Assembly (NCBI GenBank): GCA_037442825.1
Contig: JBBIPN010000002.1
Span: 1 to 61,988 of the forward strand
DNA from: Sulfurihydrogenibium sp.
GTDB lineage: Bacteria > Aquificota > Aquificia > Aquificales > Hydrogenothermaceae
Length of the DNA: 61,988 nt
Reading direction: 5' to 3'
Below are positions 8,488-18,135 of the stretch, one piece after another. The position numbers and the translations under genes were made by a program. The notes under the pieces are model-generated. The model had not been told where the DNA came from. It did not search any database and was given only the letters and a program-made list of their open reading frames with translations. Within the stretch, counting starts at the first letter, position 1. Every line of letters starts with the position of its first letter.

Positions 8488-9288
8488 ATGTTAAGAGCAT
8501 TATGGACATCAGCTTCAGGTATGGAGGCACAGCAAACAAACTTAGATGTTATATCTCACAATATTGCAAACGTAAATACTGTAGGTTTTAAAAGAAGTAG
8601 AACAAACTTTGAAGACCTAATATATCAAGATATTAGAGATCCTGGTGTTCTTAGTTCTACACAAAATAGAGTCCCTGCAGGTATACAGATTGGTTTAGGT
8701 GTTAAAATTTCTGATGTTGCTAAAATGTTTGCACAAGGTAGTTTAATACAAACACAAAATCCATTAGACGTAGCTATTCAAGGAGAAGGATTTTTTAAAA
8801 TAGAAATGCCAGATGGTAGTGAAGCTTTTACAAGAGCAGGTAATTTTCAAATAGATAATGAAGGTTATATAGTAAATCCAGAAGGGTATAAATTAAGTCC
8901 AAACATACAAATATCAGCACCTGAAACCGTTTTAAGCATATCTATAAGTCCAAATGGTAAGGTTGTAGTTGTTAGAAATACAGGAGGACAGCAGACTACA
9001 GAAGAAGTTGGAAGCATTAAACTTTATAGATTTATAAACCCTGCAGGTTTAAAAGCAATTGGTGGTAATTTATTTAAGTATACAGAAGCATCTGGTCAAC
9101 CTATTGAAGGAGATCCAAACACTGATGCATTTGGTAAACTTACCCAAGGATTTTTAGAATCTTCAAATGTAAATATTGTTGAAGAGATGGTAAATCTGAT
9201 AGTAGCACAAAGAGCTTATGAAGTAAACTCTAAAGGTATAATTACATCTGATGAAATGCTTAGAACTGTTGGAACTCTAAAAAGCTAA
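8488..9288 (+). CDS. flgG: Flagellar distal rod protein FlgG
   Basis: MLRALWTSASGM, NIANVNTVGFK, FEDLIYQ, LESSNVNIVEEMV. Confidence 0.96.
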   Translation: MLRALWTSASGMEAQQTNLDVISHNIANVNTVGFKRSRTNFEDLIYQDIRDPGVLSSTQNRVPAGIQIGLGVKISDVAKMFAQGSLIQTQNPLDVAIQGEGFFKIEMPDGSEAFTRAGNFQIDNEGYIVNPEGYKLSPNIQISAPETVLSISISPNGKVVVVRNTGGQQTTEEVGSIKLYRFINPAGLKAIGGNLFKYTEASGQPIEGDPNTDAFGKLTQGFLESSNVNIVEEMVNLIVAQRAYEVNSKGIITSDEMLRTVGTLKS

Positions 9289-9293
9289 TTAAA

Positions 9294-9788
9294 ATGTTGA
9301 GAATCTTTATATTAGTAGTTTTTATTTTCAATTTAACATTTGCTGATGATAGATTAATTAAAGCTCAAGAAATGGCTCTAAACTATGCAAAAGAAAATTT
9401 TAAAGATGTAGAAATTATTAATGTTTTAAAAATTACAAAAAGTTATGAAAATAATTTAAAGGATGATTTTGATGAAGTAGAGTGTAAAAGTAAAGGTAAA
9501 AGCAGTTTATATCTATATTTAGATTGTAAATTTTTTAAAAATTCGCAAGAAGTAGGAGAAATCCCAATAACATTTAGAATAAAAGAGAGTACAAAACACA
9601 CAATAGAAAAAAACCAAAAAGTTAAAATTGTTTATATAAACAAAAATATAAAAATAGAACTTCTTGGTATCTCTCTTGAAAATGGCAAGGAAGGTGATTA
9701 TATTAAAGTTAAAAATATATCAACCGGGAAAGAGATAATAGGGAAAGTTATTTCTGGAGACACTGTTTTAATAGAAGGTGAGTTATAA
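9294..9788 (+). CDS. flgA: P-ring formation chaperone FlgA
   Basis: Signal peptide; C-terminal G..GDYIKVKNISTGKEIIGKV; lies between flgG and flgH. Confidence 0.8.
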   Translation: MLRIFILVVFIFNLTFADDRLIKAQEMALNYAKENFKDVEIINVLKITKSYENNLKDDFDEVECKSKGKSSLYLYLDCKFFKNSQEVGEIPITFRIKESTKHTIEKNQKVKIVYINKNIKIELLGISLENGKEGDYIKVKNISTGKEIIGKVISGDTVLIEGEL

Positions 9789-10450
9789 TGAAAAAGTTTA
9801 TTGTTTTCTCCATATTACTTATATCTTCTTGTGCTACAAAAAATGAGTATGGGAAACCATTTAATCCTATTCCACCAGATATAAAAGAACAAGAAGTAAA
9901 AAAAACATCAGGTTCTTTATATACAGGTAACTACAACAATCTATTTTCAGATACAAAAGCTTATACAGTAGGAGATGTTATTACTATAAAAGTTTTTGAG
10001 AATATGTCAGGACAATCTGCAAGCAATACAGCTACACAAGAGCAACAAAATATGAACCTATCAGTTCCAACACCTAAATTAATGGGAAAAGATTTAGTAA
10101 ACAAAACACCAATAGCTGGTATATCAGAACAACAACAAGATACTTATAAAGGAAATGCATCTACAAATAGAAAATCTACTCTAATAGCTTCAATATCTGC
10201 AAGAGTTGCAAAAGTTTATCCAAATGGAAATCTATTTGTAGTAGGTAAAAAAGTTGTTAAAGTTAACGATGACTATCAGACACTTGTAATATCTGGCATC
10301 GTAAAACCTACCGATATATCTCAAGATAACTCGATAGACTCATCAAGAATTTCTGATCTATATGTAGAATATAATGGTGAAGGTTATATAGCTGACAGTA
10401 CAAAACCTGGTTGGCTTGCACAGTTCCTTAAGAAAATATGGCCATTTTAA
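9788..10450 (+). CDS. flgH: Flagellar L-ring lipoprotein FlgH
   Basis: Lipobox ISSC, LFSDTKA..VGD, PNGNL, C-terminal PGWL..F..IWPF. Confidence 0.94.
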   Translation: MKKFIVFSILLISSCATKNEYGKPFNPIPPDIKEQEVKKTSGSLYTGNYNNLFSDTKAYTVGDVITIKVFENMSGQSASNTATQEQQNMNLSVPTPKLMGKDLVNKTPIAGISEQQQDTYKGNASTNRKSTLIASISARVAKVYPNGNLFVVGKKVVKVNDDYQTLVISGIVKPTDISQDNSIDSSRISDLYVEYNGEGYIADSTKPGWLAQFLKKIWPF

Positions 10451-10461
10451 GAGGTATGAGA

Positions 10462-11556
10462 GTGAAAAAGCTTAAGATTGTTTTATTTTTTATATTTAGT
10501 TTAACTTACCTTGTATATGCAAAAAACGAAGTAAAAATTAGGGAAGAAGTTTTTATAGAAGGATTTAGACCAAACTATTTAACTGGATATGGTATTGTTG
10601 TAGGATTAAATGGTACTGGTGATGGTACTACAAGCAGATATACCTTAATAAGCATAGCTAATATGCTCAAAAAACTAGGTATATACATCAATCCAGATCA
10701 AGTAAGAACAAAGAATGCTGCTGCTGTTATAGTTACAGCTGATTTACCACCTTTTGCAAAACCAGGAATGGCAATAGATGTACAAGTAGCTTCAATAGGT
10801 GATGCTAAAGATATAATAAACGGTGTACTTATAAGAACACCTCTTTATGGTCCTGATGGTAAAATCTATGCATTTGCTCAAGGACCAGTTTCTACAGGTG
10901 GTGGATTTTTAGAATCAAATAAAGGTGGAAAAGTCCAAAAAGGTTTCCCAACAGCTGGAATAATTGTAAACGGTGCAATAATAGAAGAAGAACTCCCTTT
11001 TGATTTAAACAATCTAACAGAGATAAACCTAAATCTCAAGAATCCAAATTTTGCAAAAGCTACAGAGATAGCAAACACAATAAATAAAAAATATCCAGCT
11101 GTAGCTTATGCTTTAGATCCATCTACTGTAAAAGTAAAACTACCACAAACAAAAAACAAAACAGAATTTTTAAGTGAGATATTAGATTTAAAAATCACAA
11201 CAGATAATGTTCCAACCGTTGTAATCTATGAAAAAACAGGAACTGTAATAATGAGTGGTGATATTTTAATAGATACACCTGTTTATGTATCCCATGGTAA
11301 TATATATGTTACGGTGGAAAAAACACCAATAGTATCCCAACCAACACCATTTTCTGAAGGTCAAACTGTAAAAGCAGAAGAAATTAAAACAACTGTTTTA
11401 GAAGAAAAAGGAAGGATTATATCTATAGAGTCTCCAAAACTATCTGATTTAGTAAAAGCACTAAACGATTTAGGTGTATCTCCTTATGACCTTATAGCTA
11501 TTATACAAGCCATAAAAAATGCTGGTAAAATTCATGCTGAAATAAAAATAATGTAG
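10462..11556 (+). CDS. flgI: Flagellar P-ring protein FlgI
   Basis: LTGYGIVVGLNGTGD, KNAAAVIVTADLPPF; GTG 10462 chosen on SD spacing (ORF opens at 10438). Confidence 0.95.
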   Translation: MKKLKIVLFFIFSLTYLVYAKNEVKIREEVFIEGFRPNYLTGYGIVVGLNGTGDGTTSRYTLISIANMLKKLGIYINPDQVRTKNAAAVIVTADLPPFAKPGMAIDVQVASIGDAKDIINGVLIRTPLYGPDGKIYAFAQGPVSTGGGFLESNKGGKVQKGFPTAGIIVNGAIIEEELPFDLNNLTEINLNLKNPNFAKATEIANTINKKYPAVAYALDPSTVKVKLPQTKNKTEFLSEILDLKITTDNVPTVVIYEKTGTVIMSGDILIDTPVYVSHGNIYVTVEKTPIVSQPTPFSEGQTVKAEEIKTTVLEEKGRIISIESPKLSDLVKALNDLGVSPYDLIAIIQAIKNAGKIHAEIKIM

Positions 11557-11566
11557 AGGTAACAAT

Positions 11567-11986
11567 ATGATAGATAAACTACCGCCACTCGAACAACTAA
11601 TAAAAGATTTTAAAGATATCAAATTTGATGAAAATAAAAAAAATATAATAAATTTTGATAATATTTTACAGGCAAACTTAAATAAATCAAAAACAGACAC
11701 TATAAAAAATTTCAAACCTTATTTTGATTTAAAACCTTTAAAAGAAATGAAAACACCAGAAGAAGTAGCCACAGCTTTCCAAACAATACTTTTTGAAATG
11801 ATGTTAAAAGAGATGAAAAACAGTATAGAGACGTTATCATCTGGTAGTTTTTCAAACAAGATGTACACAGATATGTTTTTTATGCAACTTGCTCAAGTAT
11901 TAGCTGAATCAAACCAAACGGGTTTAAAAGATTATATACTAAATGCTATAAACAGTTATATAAAAAACCAGCATAATGAAGGGTAA
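11567..11986 (+). CDS. flgJ: Short FlgJ-like rod-binding protein
   Basis: A..FQTILFEMMLKEM...MYTDMF...LAQ.LA...GL resembles the rod-binding domain; follows flgI. Confidence 0.7.
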   Translation: MIDKLPPLEQLIKDFKDIKFDENKKNIINFDNILQANLNKSKTDTIKNFKPYFDLKPLKEMKTPEEVATAFQTILFEMMLKEMKNSIETLSSGSFSNKMYTDMFFMQLAQVLAESNQTGLKDYILNAINSYIKNQHNEG

Positions 11987-11988
11987 AT

Positions 11989-14070
11989 TTGGAAAGGATA
12001 ATACCATTTTTTGAAAAAATCAATCAGTATTCTGATGCAATAATTATAGTTTTTATAATTATAATACTGGGTTCTCTTGTTTTACCTGTTCCACCCTTTC
12101 TTCTTGATATCTTACTCACTAGCAGTATCGCATTTTCACTCTTAATATTAATGTCTTCTGTTTACGTTGAAAGTCCTTTAAAAATTTCCTCATTTCCTTC
12201 TTTATTACTACTTGCTACACTTTTTAGACTCTCTTTAAACGTTGCTTCAACAAGAAGAATACTGCTTCATGGACATGAAGGTCCAGATGCTGCCGGCCAT
12301 GTTATACAATCTTTTGGACAGTTTGTTGTAGGTGGAAGTTATGTAGTAGGAATTATCGTTTTTTTAGTATTGGTAATAATCAACTTTATTGTCATCACAA
12401 AAGGAACAGAAAGAATATCAGAAGTAGCCGCAAGATTTACATTAGATGCTATGCCAGGTAAACAGATGAGTATTGACGCAGATTTAAACAGTGGACTAAT
12501 AGATGAAAAAGAAGCACAAAGAAGAAGACAAGAGATCCAAAGAGAAGCTGATTTTTACGGTGCAATGGATGGTGCAACCAAATTTATTCGTGGTGACGCA
12601 ATTGCCGGAATTATAATAACGTTTATAAATATCATTGGTGGTATTATTATTGGAATGGTTCAAAAGGGTATGGATTTCCAATCTGCATTACAAAATTTTA
12701 CAATATTAACTATAGGAGATGGATTAGTTTCACAGATACCTGCTTTAATCACATCTACAGCAGCAGGTTTAATGGTTACAAGGGCAGCATCTGAAACAAA
12801 CTTAGGTAAAGAAATATTTACTCAACTAACAAGTTATCCAAAAGCATTATGGATGGCATCAGGTGCTATATTTATAATGGGAATAGTTCCAGGTATGCCA
12901 ACGTTACCATTTTTAGTATTATCAGCAATTATAAGTTTCACTGGTTATATTATGTATTTAACATTACAAGAAAAAGAAAAAATAGAAAAAGAAGAAAAAG
13001 CAAAAAAACTTATAAAAGAATTAGAAGAACAATCTCCAGAAGATCTTGTATCTCCACCAGAAGTTTTAACATTTGAAATAGGTTATGGTTTAATAAAACT
13101 TGTAGATGAATCTCAAGGTGGAGAACTAATAAAACGAATCAAAAATTTAAGAAAAACATTAAGTAAAGATTTAGGCTTACTCGTTCCATTGATTCATATA
13201 AAAGATAATTTAGAACTAAAACCAAATGAATATAGAATCCTTATAAAAGGTATACAAGTCGGAAGGTATGAAGCTTATTTAGATAAGTCATTGGCAATAG
13301 AAACAGGTAGTATAAAAGAAAAAATCGATGGAATTCTAACTAAAGATCCAGCCTTTGGACTAAACGCATTATGGGTTGACAACAAGAATAAAGATAGAGC
13401 AAGTATCTTAGGATATACAGTAGTAGACGTCCCAACAGTAATAATTACCCATCTCTCCGAAATTATAAAGAGATACTCTTATGAAATCTTAACAAGAATG
13501 CAAGTAAAAGAAATTATAGATAATGTATCTAAGAAATATCCAATTATTAAAGATATAGTTCCTGAACAAGTACCACTTAACATAATACACAAAGTTTTGC
13601 AAAATTTACTTAAAGAAGGTATACCAATTAGAGATATTATAACCATAGTTGAATCTTTAGCAGACAATATAAGTAAAACAAATGATCCCGACATTCTTAC
13701 TGAGTATGTTAGAGCTTCTTTAAATAGACTAATATCTTCAATGTACAGTAAAGATGGACAGCTTTTAGCCCTTGTTCTTGGTACAAAAACAGAAGAGTAT
13801 ATTACAAACCTGTTAAAAGAAAACAACTGGCAACTTCCACCACTAAATCCTATTTTTATTCAAAAATTGATAACAGAAATTTCGAAAAATTTAGAAAAAT
13901 TTGTAATACAAACAACTCAACCAATATTAATAACTTCGCCAACTGTAAGAAGATATATAAAACAAATTTTAGAAAACTATATACCAAACTTAATAGTTTT
14001 GTCTTACAATGAAATTGATAGTAAAATAAAATTAAATATTATAGGGATGGTTGAGGTAAATGGAACCTAA
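11989..14070 (+). CDS. flhA: Flagellar export gate protein FlhA
   Basis: EVAARFTLDAMPGKQMSIDADL, FYGAMDGA, GDGLVSQIP; TTG start. Confidence 0.98.
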   Translation: MERIIPFFEKINQYSDAIIIVFIIIILGSLVLPVPPFLLDILLTSSIAFSLLILMSSVYVESPLKISSFPSLLLLATLFRLSLNVASTRRILLHGHEGPDAAGHVIQSFGQFVVGGSYVVGIIVFLVLVIINFIVITKGTERISEVAARFTLDAMPGKQMSIDADLNSGLIDEKEAQRRRQEIQREADFYGAMDGATKFIRGDAIAGIIITFINIIGGIIIGMVQKGMDFQSALQNFTILTIGDGLVSQIPALITSTAAGLMVTRAASETNLGKEIFTQLTSYPKALWMASGAIFIMGIVPGMPTLPFLVLSAIISFTGYIMYLTLQEKEKIEKEEKAKKLIKELEEQSPEDLVSPPEVLTFEIGYGLIKLVDESQGGELIKRIKNLRKTLSKDLGLLVPLIHIKDNLELKPNEYRILIKGIQVGRYEAYLDKSLAIETGSIKEKIDGILTKDPAFGLNALWVDNKNKDRASILGYTVVDVPTVIITHLSEIIKRYSYEILTRMQVKEIIDNVSKKYPIIKDIVPEQVPLNIIHKVLQNLLKEGIPIRDIITIVESLADNISKTNDPDILTEYVRASLNRLISSMYSKDGQLLALVLGTKTEEYITNLLKENNWQLPPLNPIFIQKLITEISKNLEKFVIQTTQPILITSPTVRRYIKQILENYIPNLIVLSYNEIDSKIKLNIIGMVEVNGT

Positions 14071-15220
14071 AATAAAAATCTTTGAAGGATTTGACTTAAA
14101 TCGATTAATGGAAGACATTAAAAATGAATTTGGAGATGAATATAAAATTTTATATCAAGATAAAATAAAAATAAAAACAAAGATTCCTTTCATAAAAAAA
14201 AATAAGTACATAATAATAGTAGAACCGGTAATAGGTGAGCTAAAGTTTGAAGATATTTTAGATGAAAAAATACAAGAGAACATAGAAGAAGAAACAACAT
14301 ATAGTCCTTATATATCTCAAAATATTACCACTACTGACAAAATTATACTAAAAAAAGAAGATAATAAACCGATAATAAAACATAAAGAAGAACAAATATA
14401 TCCTTCTGAGTTAACAAATGAATTTACAGGAAAAGCTTTAGATTTAATAAACATGTTAGTAAAAAAAGAAGTTGAATTAAATATTGCCAAAGAAGTTGTT
14501 AGAGGTGGATGTGGCCTTGAAATAGACACAAATAAACTTGATTTAAAACATTTTACCTATAGAGAATCCTTAATAGAAAGCATAGAAAAAACATTAGATT
14601 TTTCTGGTGATATTTTTGAAAAAGAGGAAAATAAAATAGTAGCTTTTTTAGGACCAACAGGAGTAGGAAAAACAACAAACCTATTTAAAGTTGCTTCTAA
14701 ACTCATATTAGAAAAAAAGAAAAAAGTAGCTGTTATATCTATTGATACATTTAAAGCCGGAGCCGGAGATCAAGCAAGAAGCTACTGTAATATATTAGGA
14801 ATACCTTTTTATATACTTTCTGATCCAAAAAAAATTAGAGAAGTTGTAGATGATTTAAGCTTTGTAGATCACATCTTGATAGATACTATTGGAAGAAGTC
14901 ATTATGATTATTGGAAATTAGGTGAGATAAAAGAAATTCTTAGATTTATTGATGAGATTAAATACTTGATGGTAGTGAGCTGTAACTGGAATACAAAAGA
15001 AACTTATAAACTAATTGAGAAATATCAAAAGTTCTTCAATATAAACTATTTATTCCTTACAAAGATAGATGAAACTACATATCCAGGAATAATAGTTAAT
15101 TTAGCATACAAAACAAAAATACCTTTAACTTATATTAGTACAGGACAAAATGTTCCAGAAGATATAAAATTATTAACACCAGAACGATTAACTTCATACA
15201 TACTTATGGAGCAAGAATAA
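14060..15220 (+). CDS. flhF: SRP-family GTPase FlhF
   Basis: GPTGVGKTT, DTIGRS, TKIDET, GQNVPEDI. Confidence 0.93.
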   Translation: MEPKIKIFEGFDLNRLMEDIKNEFGDEYKILYQDKIKIKTKIPFIKKNKYIIIVEPVIGELKFEDILDEKIQENIEEETTYSPYISQNITTTDKIILKKEDNKPIIKHKEEQIYPSELTNEFTGKALDLINMLVKKEVELNIAKEVVRGGCGLEIDTNKLDLKHFTYRESLIESIEKTLDFSGDIFEKEENKIVAFLGPTGVGKTTNLFKVASKLILEKKKKVAVISIDTFKAGAGDQARSYCNILGIPFYILSDPKKIREVVDDLSFVDHILIDTIGRSHYDYWKLGEIKEILRFIDEIKYLMVVSCNWNTKETYKLIEKYQKFFNINYLFLTKIDETTYPGIIVNLAYKTKIPLTYISTGQNVPEDIKLLTPERLTSYILMEQE

Positions 15221-16086
15221 TGGAAGAGCAGCTCAAGAATCTAAAAAATATTATAGAGAACAATATTTCAAATATAAAACAAAAAAAACAGAAAAATCCA
15301 AAATTTTTATGTGTTGCAAGTGGTAAAGGTGGTGTAGGAAAAACAAACTTCTCTATAAATTTAGCTTATGTATTAGCAAACTATTTTGATAAAAAAATAC
15401 TAATAATAGATGCAGATATTGGTTTAGGTAACATTCATATTATTTTAAAAATACCTTTAATTAAATCACTAAAAGAGTTTTTTGAAGGAAAAGACATAAA
15501 ACAAAATATAATAAGAGTAAAAAACTTTGACCTTATTCCTGGATTTTCTGGAATAGAAAGCTTAAATGATATTGAAAATTTAGATTTAGATCGTCTTGTA
15601 AATAGTTTAGAAGAAATAGCTTCTGAGTATGATTACATAATAATTGATACAGCAGCTGGTATTGGAAAAGATGTCATAAACTTTATTTTATCATCAGATA
15701 AAACTTATATAATAACGACTCCGGAACCTACAGCTTTAACAGACGCTTATAGTCTTATAAAATCATTGTATAAACTTTATAATTATAATAAATTTTCAAT
15801 AATCATTAATATGGTAAAAAGTTTAGAAGAAGGAGAAGAAATTTTTGAAAGATTGCAAAAATCTTGTGATAAATTTTTAAATCTAAAGTTAGATTTTGCC
15901 GGTGTTTTACCTTATTCTGAAAACTTAAAAACATCTGTATTAAATATGTCATTAATATCAGAAAGCTATCCTTCAGATAAATTTACTAAAAGCTTAATAG
16001 AAATATCTAAAAAAGATATAGGAGAGAGAGTTTCAAATACTAAAAAGGAAAGTTTCTTTAAAAAATTATTTTCATTTTTAAGATAA
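15220..16086 (+). CDS. flhG: MinD-like ATPase FlhG/FleN
   Basis: SGKGGVGKT, DADIGLGN, DTAAG, TPEPTALTDAY, amphipathic C-terminus. Confidence 0.93.
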   Translation: MEEQLKNLKNIIENNISNIKQKKQKNPKFLCVASGKGGVGKTNFSINLAYVLANYFDKKILIIDADIGLGNIHIILKIPLIKSLKEFFEGKDIKQNIIRVKNFDLIPGFSGIESLNDIENLDLDRLVNSLEEIASEYDYIIIDTAAGIGKDVINFILSSDKTYIITTPEPTALTDAYSLIKSLYKLYNYNKFSIIINMVKSLEEGEEIFERLQKSCDKFLNLKLDFAGVLPYSENLKTSVLNMSLISESYPSDKFTKSLIEISKKDIGERVSNTKKESFFKKLFSFLR

Positions 16087-16104
16087 AAATAATAAGGGAA
16101 GGAT

Positions 16105-16737
16105 GTGAAATTATCAAAAGAAGAAAAAAGAAAAATCATTTTAGACTATATAGGATTAATAAAAAAAGTTGCATCGAAAATATACTATAAATTACCTGAT
16201 TGTGAAATAAATTTTGATGATCTTGTTCATATAGGTATTTTAGGTATGTATAAAGCTATAGAAAATTATGAAAAAGATAAAGGTGCTTTTTCTACGTATG
16301 CTTACATTAGGGTAAGAGGAGAAATTTTAGATTATTTACGAGATCTTGATATAATGCCAAAAATGGAAAAAGAAAAAATCGTTACAGAGTATGCTGATAA
16401 ATTAGGTGATAAAATTCCTTTATCTAAACATGCTTTAGTTTTAAGTCTAGATAAAGTGATAAACGAAGAGGAAGGTATATCACTTTTAGACACAATATCA
16501 TCTAAAACAAACACACCTGAAGAAGAAATATCAAAGAAAGAAATTATAGAAAAAGTATCATACTATATTGACCAATATTTAGAGGAAAATGAAAAAAAGA
16601 TTATTCAGTATTTATATTTTGAAGAAAAAGATCCGAAAGAGATATCAGAGATTTTAAATATAAGTTTAGGAAGAATATCTCAGTTGAAATCAAGAGCGAT
16701 AGGAAAATTAAAAAAAGTTATGTATGATATAATATAA
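16105..16737 (+). CDS. fliA: Flagellar sigma factor FliA (sigma-28), short
   Basis: DDLVHIGILG, FSTYA..RVRGEILDYLR, EISEILNISLGRISQL; flhF-flhG-fliA order. Confidence 0.9.
   Translation: MKLSKEEKRKIILDYIGLIKKVASKIYYKLPDCEINFDDLVHIGILGMYKAIENYEKDKGAFSTYAYIRVRGEILDYLRDLDIMPKMEKEKIVTEYADKLGDKIPLSKHALVLSLDKVINEEEGISLLDTISSKTNTPEEEISKKEIIEKVSYYIDQYLEENEKKIIQYLYFEEKDPKEISEILNISLGRISQLKSRAIGKLKKVMYDII
16725..16733 (+). promoter_or_regulatory. Putative extended -10 promoter (TGaTATAAT) in the 3' end of fliA
   Basis: Exact TGnTATAAT 19 nt before the next ATG. Confidence 0.5.
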
Positions 16738-16752
16738 AGGAAGGTTATAGTT

Positions 16753-18135
16753 ATGGGTACAAAATTACAAGAGATAGCTTACAATCAAGTTGCAAATATA
16801 TCAGAAAAAGGTAAAAACAAAATAAAAAAGACTGATATTTTTGAATCTATTTTTAAATCTTTAGGAAAAGAATTAAATATAAAAAAAGATGAAATTTTAA
16901 TATTAAATGCTGAAGATAAAAATATAAAAAAAGACAAGAAGGAAATTTATAAAAAAGTTGATACAAATAAAGATATACTTAAAAATAGCACAGATTTAGA
17001 AATTGTAAATTTTAGTTTAAAAATTCAATACGATGAACATATAAAAAAGAAAGAGAATAAAAGTCAGAATATTACTAATTTAAATCAGAAATCTGATTTT
17101 AATAATCAAGGAAACGTTAATAATAAAATCTTTTATAGTTTTAATTACATAAATAGGAAAATCTTAGATCTTAAGGAATATTCTATAAAAGAAGATATTA
17201 AAGCATCAAAAAAAGACAATATGTTAGCTCAAACTTTTTACGATTTTAATTATACATATAGTAAAAATTTAGATAATAAAAAAGAATTTATAAAAGATGA
17301 TATTAAATTATCTTATAACGCCGAAAACATAGCTCAAAATTTAGAAGAAGTACTACACAAAATAAATAAACCAATTTCACAAAATACTTTAGAAATATCT
17401 CAAAATTTACCAAAAGAGCAAATTACTTTAAATAGATTAAAAAATATAAATAATAAACAGGAAATAAATTTAAATACAAATTTATACGTAAATAAGAATA
17501 TTGATATAAAAAAAAGTAGTTTGAAACAAGAATTAGATTCTAAATCTTCAAAAATACAAGAAAATGAAAAACATAACAATCAAAATAATAATTTTGTAAA
17601 TACAATAGATTTAAAAGACGTTTTCAAAAATATCGAAAATAAAAATATGGAAAATAAACAAGAAAACAGTTATTTATTATCAAATTTACAACAAAGTGAT
17701 AATAAAATAAAAGAAGATGTTAAAACTATAAACAATATAGACAACAAAGACAAGCTATCAATTTTAGACAAATTAGCTAATATAAATACATTAATAGAGT
17801 TAAAAGAAGGTTATGAATCTAATAATAATTACAATCAACAGAAAGATAACACTGGAAATTTTACCAATAAAATGTTTTCTAATCAGAATAATTTTAATTT
17901 CTCATACAATCAAACAAATATAACAGCTAATATAGTACAAAACACTTTAAATATGCTAATAAATACAAAAGATATAGTTGTAGATTACAACATAATATCT
18001 GAAATCCAAAATATTTTAGAAAAAAATGGATTTAGAAATAGTAATTTAGTAATAAAAGATAAAGAAAAATTAATAAAGATATACAAAGATGAGTTTAGAG
18101 ATTCAAAAAATCATGGTCTCAACATTGAAGTATGA
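16753..18135 (+). CDS. Asn/Lys-rich protein, probable divergent hook-length control protein FliK
   Basis: Long low-complexity body with a compact C-terminal beta-beta-alpha-beta-like segment (TNITANIVQNTLNMLIN...IQNILEKNGF); flagellar context; no other FliK candidate in the cluster. Confidence 0.55.
   Translation: MGTKLQEIAYNQVANISEKGKNKIKKTDIFESIFKSLGKELNIKKDEILILNAEDKNIKKDKKEIYKKVDTNKDILKNSTDLEIVNFSLKIQYDEHIKKKENKSQNITNLNQKSDFNNQGNVNNKIFYSFNYINRKILDLKEYSIKEDIKASKKDNMLAQTFYDFNYTYSKNLDNKKEFIKDDIKLSYNAENIAQNLEEVLHKINKPISQNTLEISQNLPKEQITLNRLKNINNKQEINLNTNLYVNKNIDIKKSSLKQELDSKSSKIQENEKHNNQNNNFVNTIDLKDVFKNIENKNMENKQENSYLLSNLQQSDNKIKEDVKTINNIDNKDKLSILDKLANINTLIELKEGYESNNNYNQQKDNTGNFTNKMFSNQNNFNFSYNQTNITANIVQNTLNMLINTKDIVVDYNIISEIQNILEKNGFRNSNLVIKDKEKLIKIYKDEFRDSKNHGLNIEV
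17131..17340 (+). repeat. Degenerate 105-bp (35-aa) tandem repeat in the FliK-like gene
   Basis: FYSFNYINRKILDLKEYSIKEDIKASKKDNMLAQT / FYDFNYTYSKNLDNKKEFIKDDIKLSYNAENIAQN. Confidence 0.75.

Noticed and set aside
14194..14202. A9 tract in flhF as a phase-variation switch
   Set aside because: Frame intact (Lys codons); A-runs are ubiquitous in this AT-rich DNA
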